From contig JBGVCT010000003.1 in the NCBI GenBank assembly GCA_045118975.1, positions 17,780 to 81,779 of the forward strand: a stretch of DNA of 64,000 nt, given 5' to 3'. Below the pieces are notes generated by a model that was not told the origin of the DNA, made no database searches, and worked only from the letters and a program-made list of their open reading frames with translations. Source of the stretch: Bacilli bacterium. Its GTDB lineage: Bacteria; Bacillota_I; Bacilli_A; RFN20; DUOF01. This document shows, one piece after another, positions 35,346 through 44,442 of the stretch (its first letter is position 1; each line of letters opens with the position of its first letter). The position numbers and the translations under genes are program-made.

Positions 35346-35978
35346 ATGAGAGTATTTACTAACTATCAAAAATTTTTAAATCAAATAGAAGAAGTAAAAA
35401 AACTGGATTATAAACCAAAGTTGTTATTACACTCTTGTTGTGGACCTTGCTCTTGCTACCCACTTTTAGTATTAAAAGATTATTTTGATATTACTATTTT
35501 TTACAATAATTCTAATATTTACCCACATAGTGAGTTTGATTTAAGATTTGATACCTTAAATGACTATGTAAATAAAATCAATTTAGAACATAATGCCAAT
35601 ATCAAAATAATTAAATGTGATTATAAAAACGAAGAATTCAATAATGTTTTAGAGAAACGAAAAGATGACAAGGAAGGTAGTATACGTTGTTTTATGTGTT
35701 ATTCCCTTCGTTATAAGCATCTTTGTGAATATGCAAGTGAAAATAACTATGAATATGTTTGTTCAGTTATGACTATTTCAAGGCAAAAAAACGAAGAAAT
35801 GATCAATAAAATTCTTGCTGGATACGCATCTAAACACACAAATTTAAAATATCTTTATAGTAATTTCAAGAAAGATAAAGGGTTAGAAAAAGCACAGCAA
35901 ATAGTGAAAGAGACAAGAATGTACTCTCAAGATTATTGTGGTTGTAAATTCTCTATAAGAGAAAACACGAATAAATAA
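35346..35978 (+). CDS. queH: epoxyqueuosine reductase QueH (DUF208)
   Basis: It has LLHSCCGPCS, a C-terminal CGC motif, and is 210 aa long. Confidence 0.85.
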   Translation: MRVFTNYQKFLNQIEEVKKLDYKPKLLLHSCCGPCSCYPLLVLKDYFDITIFYNNSNIYPHSEFDLRFDTLNDYVNKINLEHNANIKIIKCDYKNEEFNNVLEKRKDDKEGSIRCFMCYSLRYKHLCEYASENNYEYVCSVMTISRQKNEEMINKILAGYASKHTNLKYLYSNFKKDKGLEKAQQIVKETRMYSQDYCGCKFSIRENTNK

Positions 35979-36014
35979 TCTCCACATATTAGATATTCTA
36001 GGGCTCATTTTTGT

Positions 36015-36043
36015 TTGAAAAGTTAGGGAAGTCAATGTATAAT
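36015..36043 (+). promoter_or_regulatory. near-consensus sigma-A promoter
   Basis: TTGAAA (36015-20) is followed by 17 nt and then TATAAT (36038-43), with TG immediately 5' of the -10. Confidence 0.55.
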
Positions 36044-36066
36044 GATAGTAATCGGAGGTGACTCTT

Positions 36067-36657
36067 ATGAACAAGCAGCTTAGAAATTCACGTACTCTTG
36101 AAAGTGTATACGCTATAAACCCTGTTACGTTAGAGTCATCAGGTCGTCTTATTAAGGCCCAAAGACAAACATGCGGGTTAACAACTAGCGATAAAGAGAG
36201 ACTACAATGTGAATATAATTTAACTAGATCACTTCAAAAGCATATTATGATACTTCAAGAAGGAATTATTTTAGGTGCAGGACAAGCACCTAGCAAGATT
36301 ATTTCTCCTGAAGTAGCAAAAAGATTAACAAGCCTAACAGCTTCACCTATTGCTTATAGCGAAGGAAAATTTAGTTATGTTGATGTTGACACACTAAGAA
36401 GCTTAGAAGTTTTAAACAAATCTGTTGTATTAACAAAGAATGTTGTTTTACCAATTAAAGTTAAATCTGGTGGATACAAATTAAATGCGCAAATTGTTTT
36501 GTCACAAAACAACGTATTAAGTTATGCTTCTAATGGCTTAGGATATGAAGAAAATTATGCTAAATTATATAGACCCGTAAAGATTGAAAGATTAGGAAAC
36601 GGAATTAAAAAGAACGAAATTATTGAAAAAGCAAACGCTAATAGCGCTACTAGATAA
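36067..36657 (+). CDS. hypothetical protein (196 aa), no family recognised
   Basis: The ATG lies 7 nt after GGAGGTG; the track GTG at 36058 lies inside the RBS. It is followed 12 nt later by a DUF1292 gene with an AAGGAGGGG RBS. Confidence 0.6.
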   Translation: MNKQLRNSRTLESVYAINPVTLESSGRLIKAQRQTCGLTTSDKERLQCEYNLTRSLQKHIMILQEGIILGAGQAPSKIISPEVAKRLTSLTASPIAYSEGKFSYVDVDTLRSLEVLNKSVVLTKNVVLPIKVKSGGYKLNAQIVLSQNNVLSYASNGLGYEENYAKLYRPVKIERLGNGIKKNEIIEKANANSATR

Positions 36658-36669
36658 GGAGGGGTATAG

Positions 36670-36966
36670 ATGGATGATTATAGCTTCACTATAATTAATG
36701 AACAAGGCATGGAAGTTAAATGTGATGTTATCTCTGTTGTAAGTGATAACGAAACTAACCAAGTATATATTGTTTACACAGACTATCTATTAACAAAGAC
36801 AAACAAATTTAGAATTCTAATTTCTGAATTAACTGAAGTTAATGGAGAATATACTCTTAAAGATATAAATGATTCGCGTAAACTAGAAGAAATCAAAAAT
36901 ACTTCCTTAACGCTACACGCTAAGGCTTATCAAAGATTACAAGAAAAATATAAAGACATGAATTAA
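36670..36966 (+). CDS. DUF1292 (UPF0473/YrzB-like) family protein
   Basis: The 98 aa product shows the pattern ..INEQGMEVKCDVISVV...NQVYIVYTD.......ISELTEVNGEYTLKDI, typical of DUF1292. Confidence 0.6.
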   Translation: MDDYSFTIINEQGMEVKCDVISVVSDNETNQVYIVYTDYLLTKTNKFRILISELTEVNGEYTLKDINDSRKLEEIKNTSLTLHAKAYQRLQEKYKDMN

Positions 36967-36990
36967 GGTGAGAAATCACCTTTTTTCTTT
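36965..36990. terminator. bidirectional rho-independent terminator (DUF1292 gene / spmB)
   Basis: Hairpin AAGGTGA-gaaa-TCACCTT followed by TTTTTC on the plus strand. It sits between convergent genes. Confidence 0.65.
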
Positions 36991-36993
36991 TTA

Positions 36994-37518
36994 CTATATT
37001 CCCAAAAATATAATAGACAAAAACACTCCTACCCCAATTCCTACAACATCTGCAATTAAACCGGCTTTAAGAGCATGTTTCCATTTTGTAACCCCTATAC
37101 TAGAAAAATATAAAGATAACACATATAAAGTTGTATCAGTACTCCCTTGAATTACACTTCCCACTTTACACACAAGTGAATCTGGGCCATACTCTGAGCA
37201 AATACTTGAAAACACACTTATCGAGGCACTCCCCGATATTGGTCTAAATAAAATAAGTGGAATTAATTCACTACTACTTTTATCAATATTAAAGATTTTA
37301 GCAATCAAATTACCAATATCACTTATTACTCCACATCCTCTTAATACCCCCACAATGGTAAGTGTAGCTAAAAGGGTTGGAAAGACTTCGCCAATTAATC
37401 CCATCCCTTCTTTTGCTCCTACTAAAAACGAATCATATACATTAACTTTTTTAACACTAGCAACAATCATGATGGTTATACACAATACAGGAATTATAAA
37501 GTAACTAATATTATTCAT
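36994..37518 (-). CDS. spmB: spore maturation protein B
   Basis: It is a 174 aa polytopic protein of the nucleoside-recognition (Gate) family, and it overlaps spmA by 4 nt. Confidence 0.8.
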   Translation of the reverse strand: MNNISYFIIPVLCITIMIVASVKKVNVYDSFLVGAKEGMGLIGEVFPTLLATLTIVGVLRGCGVISDIGNLIAKIFNIDKSSSELIPLILFRPISGSASISVFSSICSEYGPDSLVCKVGSVIQGSTDTTLYVLSLYFSSIGVTKWKHALKAGLIADVVGIGVGVFLSIIFLGI

Positions 37519-38090
37519 ACTTTATTCCTTCTATATAAATAATCCACAAACAATCCTGCTAAACAAGAACAGAAAGTAGCAATTATTGGCAAGAATATCA
37601 TATCGCTTGGATTGTTACTCCCTAAGGCTGATCTAATTGAAATAACTGTAGTAGGTATTATTGTAACTCCTGCAGTATTTAACACTAAAAAAGTAACCAT
37701 TTCATAAGTTGCTTCCTTTTTATCACCCTTATTTAATTCCTGCATCCTCTTTATTGCTTTTAGTCCACTAGGAGTGGCCCCATAACCAAGACCTAACATA
37801 TTGGAAACAATATTAGTAGACATATATTCAAGTGCTTCTTTATCCTTAAACTTAGGCATTATAAGATTAAAAAGCGGAGAAATCTTTTTAGACATCCACG
37901 ATATAAACCCCGCCTCAGTTAAAATGTTCATCATCCCATTCCAAAAACAAGCACTACTAACAAGCGTAATAAGCAAACTAACACTTTCTTTAGGAATATT
38001 TAATATAGCATTAGATACATTAACAACCCTTCCACTTAACACTCCATACATACAAGAAATAAAAAAGATACAAAGCCATATCTTGTTCAT
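37515..38090 (-). CDS. spmA: spore maturation protein A
   Basis: It is collinear with B. subtilis SpmA as I recall it (NMLGLGYGATPSGLKAIKRMQELN...FLVLNTAGVTIIPTTVISIR). Confidence 0.85.
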   Translation of the reverse strand: MNKIWLCIFFISCMYGVLSGRVVNVSNAILNIPKESVSLLITLVSSACFWNGMMNILTEAGFISWMSKKISPLFNLIMPKFKDKEALEYMSTNIVSNMLGLGYGATPSGLKAIKRMQELNKGDKKEATYEMVTFLVLNTAGVTIIPTTVISIRSALGSNNPSDMIFLPIIATFCSCLAGLFVDYLYRRNKV

Positions 38091-38131
38091 TGAATCACCT
38101 AAAACAATATATGAGATTGTATCTTTATTTA

Positions 38132-40729
38132 TTATTTTTTATTATTATTTTTCTTTTTTGAAAACGACTTTTCAATCCTATCAAAATGTGAATCTAAATA
38201 TCCTAAATATCTATAACATTCTTTTTTTACTTCCCCAATAGAGGAAATTCCTAACTCTATTAAAATATCTTCACCTATAGTCCCTTTTAAATATAAACCT
38301 TCTAAAACATTTATATTTTTTTCCCATTCTTTATTTCTGGAAGGATTTAGTTGATTTTTCATTACAATTAAATACCTTTTTTTATCATCCTCATTTGCAT
38401 TATTCATTAACAATGACAGTTCTTCTACACTATACTTTCTTATACCATTTTCATCTATCTTATATTCATAGGTCAAAGACTTATATTTCTTTTTAAAACT
38501 ATCAAGACCTATTAAATCAATATAATCCTTATCAATGATTTTGATAAAGAAGTCATCTAAATTCATGCTTTTTTTGTCTTTGTCGACCCTTTTAATGCTA
38601 TGACTATACTTTAATGAACTTTCAATTTTTTCAAGTTGTGCCATCTTTTCGTCAAGAGACTTATTTGGATTATCCAAACCAAACAATGCATCTGTTAAAA
38701 GTTTAGCTTTAAACTCTGTATCAAATTCAAAACTCACCCAATCATAATTACTCTTATAATAATCTTCTCCTAAAATATCTCTCAATATTTCATCTTTTGC
38801 ATAATAATTAATATCCGGATCATCATCAAAATTAGCTTCTTCAATATTCTTGAACTGTATAGCGTGATTTATCTCATGATGTAAAGTTTTAATCATATCA
38901 TAAACACTTCTATCATGCCCATTATATAAACTAACTCTTTTATGTTCTCTATTTTCGCAACCATAAGTATCTTTATCTTTACTATAGTCAAACACTTCAA
39001 CAGAATAATCACCAACACCATTTTTATTCAATACTTTAAGTGCATACATTTTAATAGCTAACATTTCTTCAAGTGTTAACTCACTTCTTTTTTTGTGTTG
39101 AAGAGAAACTATAACATCTTCTAATGACTCTTCTTTTTTCATGATTTTAAGAAGATACTGCTCATCTTTTTGTTCATACAAATATCTTTTAAAAGTTGTC
39201 TTTTCAAGCAAAACTCTAGTGTGATGATTAACATTCAACTTATCCAGTATATCTTGTCTAGTAAGATAATTACTAGATAACATGCTCATAGCTAAAGTGC
39301 CATCTTTAAAAGCGTCTAAAATTAAGTCTATGTCTCCTTCTTTAAACTCATTACTATATCTATTTCTTGGGATATCCAAAATTAAATTTCTAAGCCTAAA
39401 GTAGGTATCTTCAAAGAAGTTACTTTTATCAAGTTCATTCTTTTTTAATAAAATATTTTTCAATATTTCCATTGCATAATGAGAAGGGATATCCAAAAAA
39501 GTCTCTTCATCATATCTAACTCCAAGCATAATTGCAGCCATATTTACATCTATTTCGCTAAGAACTCTAAGCGCCCTATAATCAGCATACATAACAAAAG
39601 AATCCACATTTAAAATATCATGATTTAAAATAACCTCTTTATATCTAGCATATTCTTCATCGCTTATTTCATGACTTGTAAACTGCTCGATATACTCCAT
39701 ATCTCCTCGATCAAAAGCTTCTTTTAAGACTCTAGCTGTTCCATCAAAATCATTGCTTAAAGATGCTAAAACAAAATTAAAATTAATATTAGCAACTCTA
39801 GGATAATTACTCAATTTAAAATTGGTATCTTTTAAAAGTTCATATAATCTCTTTGAATCATTATCAGATAATAAAACCCTTATATAAGAACCCTCTATAT
39901 TGTTTAAAAAATTCTTATATGCATGTTTATTTTCTAAACACGAAAAAAATAACTCTGGTTCTATATTAAATACCCCAAGCATTTCTATTATCTTCTTTTT
40001 TTCTTCCTCACTATGAGGGTTAGTAAAAATTTCTTCTAATCTAATTAAACACTCTATATATAATTCATCATTATCTTTAATAGCTTTTAAAATTTGATAT
40101 GCCCTAACATATAAAGTCTCTATCGCATCCTTTTCTAAAGACACTTTGATTAAATCATGATATGCACATGCAACTTCAATGCTATTTATATCAATAACAA
40201 AATTATGCCTTTTTAATATCTCTCTAAACTCTTCCCTGTCTTCACTAGAAATAGGAATATTTAAATGTTGTTTTAGAAAATCTAAAGTATCTTCATAATT
40301 GTTATTTAATGATACATTTATTAACCAAGGATTTTGATGTGCAAAATAAGCCATGTTATTATTTATAACAAATCCTTTATTCTTTAATATAGACTTTATA
40401 TTATTATTTACACTTAGCTTACAGCCATGTTTAATTAAACAAGAAAGTGTATATTCATAATTGTAAGATAAACTTTTTTCTAAGAGTTCTTCATTACAGG
40501 CAAAAGCGCTATAATTATAATCATTAATCCTAACACTATCTTTACTTAACAAATAGTCACTAACTTCTCTAGGATATTTTTTAGACACCCACTCCATGTA
40601 ACTTTTGTTATTTACAACCCTTGAAGGAGTAGAACTATCTAGAATATATTGCTCTCTTTTTAGAATTTCTATTTCTTCTTTTGAAAGTGGTGTATCACTA
40701 TTATTTTTTAAAACATCTTCTAATTTCAT
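38132..40729 (-). CDS. large repeat protein with a C-terminal HExxH zincin-like module (paralogue B, 865 aa)
   Basis: The ATG at 40729 lies 5 nt after AGGTGG, which overlaps the TAG stop of the upstream paralogue. There are about 6 degenerate ~55-67-aa repeats, and HEINH lies at 38864-38878. No signal peptide or TM helix is present. Confidence 0.75.
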   Translation of the reverse strand: MKLEDVLKNNSDTPLSKEEIEILKREQYILDSSTPSRVVNNKSYMEWVSKKYPREVSDYLLSKDSVRINDYNYSAFACNEELLEKSLSYNYEYTLSCLIKHGCKLSVNNNIKSILKNKGFVINNNMAYFAHQNPWLINVSLNNNYEDTLDFLKQHLNIPISSEDREEFREILKRHNFVIDINSIEVACAYHDLIKVSLEKDAIETLYVRAYQILKAIKDNDELYIECLIRLEEIFTNPHSEEEKKKIIEMLGVFNIEPELFFSCLENKHAYKNFLNNIEGSYIRVLLSDNDSKRLYELLKDTNFKLSNYPRVANINFNFVLASLSNDFDGTARVLKEAFDRGDMEYIEQFTSHEISDEEYARYKEVILNHDILNVDSFVMYADYRALRVLSEIDVNMAAIMLGVRYDEETFLDIPSHYAMEILKNILLKKNELDKSNFFEDTYFRLRNLILDIPRNRYSNEFKEGDIDLILDAFKDGTLAMSMLSSNYLTRQDILDKLNVNHHTRVLLEKTTFKRYLYEQKDEQYLLKIMKKEESLEDVIVSLQHKKRSELTLEEMLAIKMYALKVLNKNGVGDYSVEVFDYSKDKDTYGCENREHKRVSLYNGHDRSVYDMIKTLHHEINHAIQFKNIEEANFDDDPDINYYAKDEILRDILGEDYYKSNYDWVSFEFDTEFKAKLLTDALFGLDNPNKSLDEKMAQLEKIESSLKYSHSIKRVDKDKKSMNLDDFFIKIIDKDYIDLIGLDSFKKKYKSLTYEYKIDENGIRKYSVEELSLLMNNANEDDKKRYLIVMKNQLNPSRNKEWEKNINVLEGLYLKGTIGEDILIELGISSIGEVKKECYRYLGYLDSHFDRIEKSFSKKKNNNKK

Positions 40730-40738
40730 AACAACCAC

Positions 40739-43700
40739 CTACGAAATCTTTCTTTTAAATTCTTCAGTAGAAATTCTTTTATCGCTTTCAATAATTTTTT
40801 CAGCAATACCTAAATATTTGCTAACAAAAACCTCATTTTCCTTAACAAACATCCTATATTCATCATTCAACTCATCCAAAATTTCTTCTAAAAGACCATT
40901 TAATTCCTCATCACCTTTAATAGTTTCCATAAATAAATCTATATCTTCCATATAACTAGAATTATAAAGCGGATCTAATCTACATCTAAATATAGATTTA
41001 TAAACCTCTTTATCCAATTCATTTGCTTGCTTATATGAAGACACTAATTCTTTTACATCATATTTTTTTACTGGTGATGAACTTATATCGTATTCATATT
41101 TAATTATCGGATATTGTTTCATTAATTCCTCAATATCTATAATCCCAGTACGCACACAAATATTTAAGCAATATTCAAACAGGTCATCCAAAAGATAATC
41201 TTGACCATCAAAAGATCTGTGAGCAGTTAATGAATACTTATTACGCTCTGCCCCAAATCTAGTTAGACTCTCCCTATCAACTAAGGTAGAGACATCTTCC
41301 CCTTTATGTAAAAGTTCTCCCTCTAATCTTAAAACTTTTAAAGCTTCCATTTGAGATTTAAGCTCCGTATCATATTCAAAACTTATAGCCCAATAATTTT
41401 CCATATAATAATCAAAATGGCAATAATTTCTAAGCACTGTCCTAATTATCTCATCTTTTGTATATAATATAATATCTGGATCGCTTGTAATATCTAAAGT
41501 AGTTATATCTATCTTTTGCTTTGCATGATTATTTTCATGAATAATAGTTTCTACCATACCATGTATCGATTCATCATGACCATTATAAAGCCTTAATTTA
41601 GATCCTCCATATGCCCCTAAATTTGTCTTAGAAGGTCCATAAACATAGGTGTCTACTTTACAATTTTCAATTCCTTTTTTATATTGATCTTTTTTAGCAA
41701 AAAACGCTAGGGCCAACATTTGAGTAAGGGATAAATCTTTTTTAGTCTTAGATATACTTTGTAAATATGCAAGTTCATCTTCAATGCTATCAAATTTACT
41801 ACCCAAACATTTTAGTAATCTTATTTCATCTTCTTTAGAGTAAACATAAGATTGATTAAAATATATCTTTTCATATAATTCTTCAACCTCTTTGCTCTCT
41901 AAATATGGTGCTATTTGTTCAAGGCTCTCAAAAGGAATATAAGCAAGTGGCGCCCCATGATCTATAAGAAATTTCATATACTTTTCTGTTTGACCATTCT
42001 TTTTTTTCTTTTCATCACCAAAAATTCCCCATGCTATAATAGAGACAAACTTTGGATATTTGCTTAAGTCTACTTTTCTAGTCTCACTTATACTTATAAG
42101 TTTTTCCATTACCTTTTCACTACTTGCTTTGTCCATCATAGCAAGTGGCCTATCATTTCTTTCTACCTCTTCCATTAACTTATCAAAATTTTTCTCTAAC
42201 CTTCTTACCATTAAAGAAGGAGTTCTTGAAAGTAACCTATAAAATAGTTCCTCATCTTGCCCGCTATTCCACAATATAGAAACAATTTTACTAGCTTGTT
42301 CATCATTTATCTCTACATCATTTATAGGTAACTTAGAATTCATTAAAAAGCTTCTTGTACCATAATAATCATTTTCTAAAGCCGCAATTAAGAATAAAGG
42401 ACTTAGAAATAGTAACCCACCTGTTTCCTTAGTAAATGTAAAATTATTAGATCTTAAAATATTATATATGGCCGCCATTGCCTCAGGATTATTTATTCTT
42501 AATTGAGTATTTCTATCTCCCTTTGCCATATTTGCAATAGTTCTATCATAATTTTGATGTAAAGCTTGAACTAAAATGTCGTTATCTTGAGAAATAAATT
42601 CTCTAATTGTAGAATTAAATTTTATATCGTTTTGAGTAATTCCCTCTACCATTAATTTTCTAACAGTAGATGGAAACATAGTAACCTTCTCTTTTACAAA
42701 ATCCTCAAGGACAAACAACTCATGAATACCATGTTTCATTGTCTTTACAAAATCATTTTTTAAAGACACCTCAAACATTAAATCCACTAAATATGGATTA
42801 TTATCTTTATAACCAGCAACATAACCTTTATTTTTTAGTTCATCTTTTATAAAAGCAGATGTAATAGACTCAAACTTACTCACATCACATGAAGCAAGAA
42901 GTTTTAATCCCTCCACATAATTATCTTTTAATATTTCTCTAATAACTGAAGGTCTTTTATTAACCAAACTTGTAAGTGCTTTTCTTGCATCATATGATGG
43001 ATGTAATCTATCCACATTTTCTACAAGAATTTTCTTAATTATTTCCTTATTATTGTCTATATCTAAATAATCCCAAATATGTTCTCCTGATGTTAAGGTA
43101 GCAAAAGGATCATTTCTAAATGATTTTCTTATTATTCTAGTCATTACATCATTGCTAACTAAACTCTTAAAAGACATATATAAATCAGAGTCTATAACAA
43201 AACCTGGTTTAGATGTTAAAATTTCTTCTACATCTAAATTCAATAAATATTCTCTAAATTCTCTTGTATGTCTCCCTTTAGCTAAAGTAACAACTGTGGT
43301 ATATGGGTCATTTTCCATAGATATATCAGCTATGCCGGGACTTAAATGCAATAAATTCAAAGTAGATACACTTAAAACAAAATTATTGCTTTGTAAAATA
43401 GGCTTAATTGTCCTATATAAATCGTAAGCTCTGCTATTAGTAAGTCCAGATTGAGACATATCTGATAAAACAGATAGAGTTTGAGCATAATCATTTTTTA
43501 ATGAAAGCTCAGCAACTTCTGGCCATATCTTCACAAGTCTAGCGCTATTTGTATCAATAACAAAATTAGGGCCCAAAACCTCTATTATATCTCTTGGAGA
43601 AATTCCATATAAATATATTCTGCACTCTTCTATCTTTCTAAAAGTATATTCAGGATCGTTTCTTAAAGATACTGCAATTAAATATGGTTGAGCTACAACT

Positions 43701-44341
43701 AAATCAACATTATCCTCATCTATTAGAAAATCGTGATTATTATCAATATATTCATTAATTATTTCTTTTGTTAAAATCCCTTTCAATGAAGAACTATATC
43801 TTTTTAAATACTCAAGCGTTGCTTCTTTGTTATTTTTAAATGACCTAACAAGCTTAACTCTAGCCATATCGTCCCCATCAAATATATTATCCATATTTGA
43901 CCCATCAACACCCAATACAAAAGTTTCATCTTGTTTTATATTATCTTCCAATATTTTATATACTTGAGGATTTAAAAAATCTATCCAAGTGTCCTTAAGC
44001 GCATCAATAACCTCATCATATCTATACTCTAATAACTTACCCTTTATAGAGGGACAAAGCAAGTATGCCTCTACGTTGGTATTATTAATTATAATTGTAT
44101 TTGGATCCACAATCGATTCGATAATATCTCCAACTCCAGGTATAGTTCCATATTTAGATACAAAAGTCGCAAAAAAAGCAGCACCTGACTCATATGCATA
44201 TCTAACAATCTCTGGATATTGTAAAATCACATTTTGAATTTCCTCAATACCTGGCTCTGTTAAAACATATGATCTTAAAAAGCGTTCTTTCTTTTCGTTA
44301 TCTAAATTCTCCAAGATGTTAACCATATCTATATTAGCCAT
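40739..44341 (-). CDS. large repeat protein with a C-terminal HExxH zincin-like module (paralogue A, 1200 aa)
   Basis: It has RBS GGAAGGTG, about 10 degenerate ~60-aa repeats (NF[VT][IL]...P.L[IV]..SL.ND[YPF]..T), and HENNH at 41525-41539. No signal peptide or TM helix is present. Confidence 0.75.
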   Translation of the reverse strand: MANIDMVNILENLDNEKKERFLRSYVLTEPGIEEIQNVILQYPEIVRYAYESGAAFFATFVSKYGTIPGVGDIIESIVDPNTIIINNTNVEAYLLCPSIKGKLLEYRYDEVIDALKDTWIDFLNPQVYKILEDNIKQDETFVLGVDGSNMDNIFDGDDMARVKLVRSFKNNKEATLEYLKRYSSSLKGILTKEIINEYIDNNHDFLIDEDNVDLVVAQPYLIAVSLRNDPEYTFRKIEECRIYLYGISPRDIIEVLGPNFVIDTNSARLVKIWPEVAELSLKNDYAQTLSVLSDMSQSGLTNSRAYDLYRTIKPILQSNNFVLSVSTLNLLHLSPGIADISMENDPYTTVVTLAKGRHTREFREYLLNLDVEEILTSKPGFVIDSDLYMSFKSLVSNDVMTRIIRKSFRNDPFATLTSGEHIWDYLDIDNNKEIIKKILVENVDRLHPSYDARKALTSLVNKRPSVIREILKDNYVEGLKLLASCDVSKFESITSAFIKDELKNKGYVAGYKDNNPYLVDLMFEVSLKNDFVKTMKHGIHELFVLEDFVKEKVTMFPSTVRKLMVEGITQNDIKFNSTIREFISQDNDILVQALHQNYDRTIANMAKGDRNTQLRINNPEAMAAIYNILRSNNFTFTKETGGLLFLSPLFLIAALENDYYGTRSFLMNSKLPINDVEINDEQASKIVSILWNSGQDEELFYRLLSRTPSLMVRRLEKNFDKLMEEVERNDRPLAMMDKASSEKVMEKLISISETRKVDLSKYPKFVSIIAWGIFGDEKKKKNGQTEKYMKFLIDHGAPLAYIPFESLEQIAPYLESKEVEELYEKIYFNQSYVYSKEDEIRLLKCLGSKFDSIEDELAYLQSISKTKKDLSLTQMLALAFFAKKDQYKKGIENCKVDTYVYGPSKTNLGAYGGSKLRLYNGHDESIHGMVETIIHENNHAKQKIDITTLDITSDPDIILYTKDEIIRTVLRNYCHFDYYMENYWAISFEYDTELKSQMEALKVLRLEGELLHKGEDVSTLVDRESLTRFGAERNKYSLTAHRSFDGQDYLLDDLFEYCLNICVRTGIIDIEELMKQYPIIKYEYDISSSPVKKYDVKELVSSYKQANELDKEVYKSIFRCRLDPLYNSSYMEDIDLFMETIKGDEELNGLLEEILDELNDEYRMFVKENEVFVSKYLGIAEKIIESDKRISTEEFKRKIS

Positions 44342-44362
44342 AACCTACACCTTCCTAATAAA

Positions 44363-44371
44363 ATTATAACA
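44363..44371 (-). promoter_or_regulatory. extended -10 promoter element upstream of giant paralogue A
   Basis: On the minus strand, TGTTATAAT lies 21 nt upstream of the ATG and downstream of the TPR-gene terminator. Confidence 0.4.
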
Positions 44372-44411
44372 TGGTTATAATTCACTTCCTATTTTTTTTA
44401 AACATATTCCC

Positions 44412-44442
44412 CAAAATAAAAATAGAGATTTTACTCTCTATT
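44412..44442 (-). terminator. rho-independent terminator of the TPR gene
   Basis: Hairpin AATAGAGA-gtaaaa-TCTCTATT followed by TTTTATTTT. The stop codon lies in the loop. Confidence 0.6.

Noticed and set aside
36968-37150. A 60-aa plus-strand ORF immediately after the DUF1292 gene.
   Set aside because: It starts inside the terminator hairpin, lies antisense to the well-supported spmB, and has no RBS.
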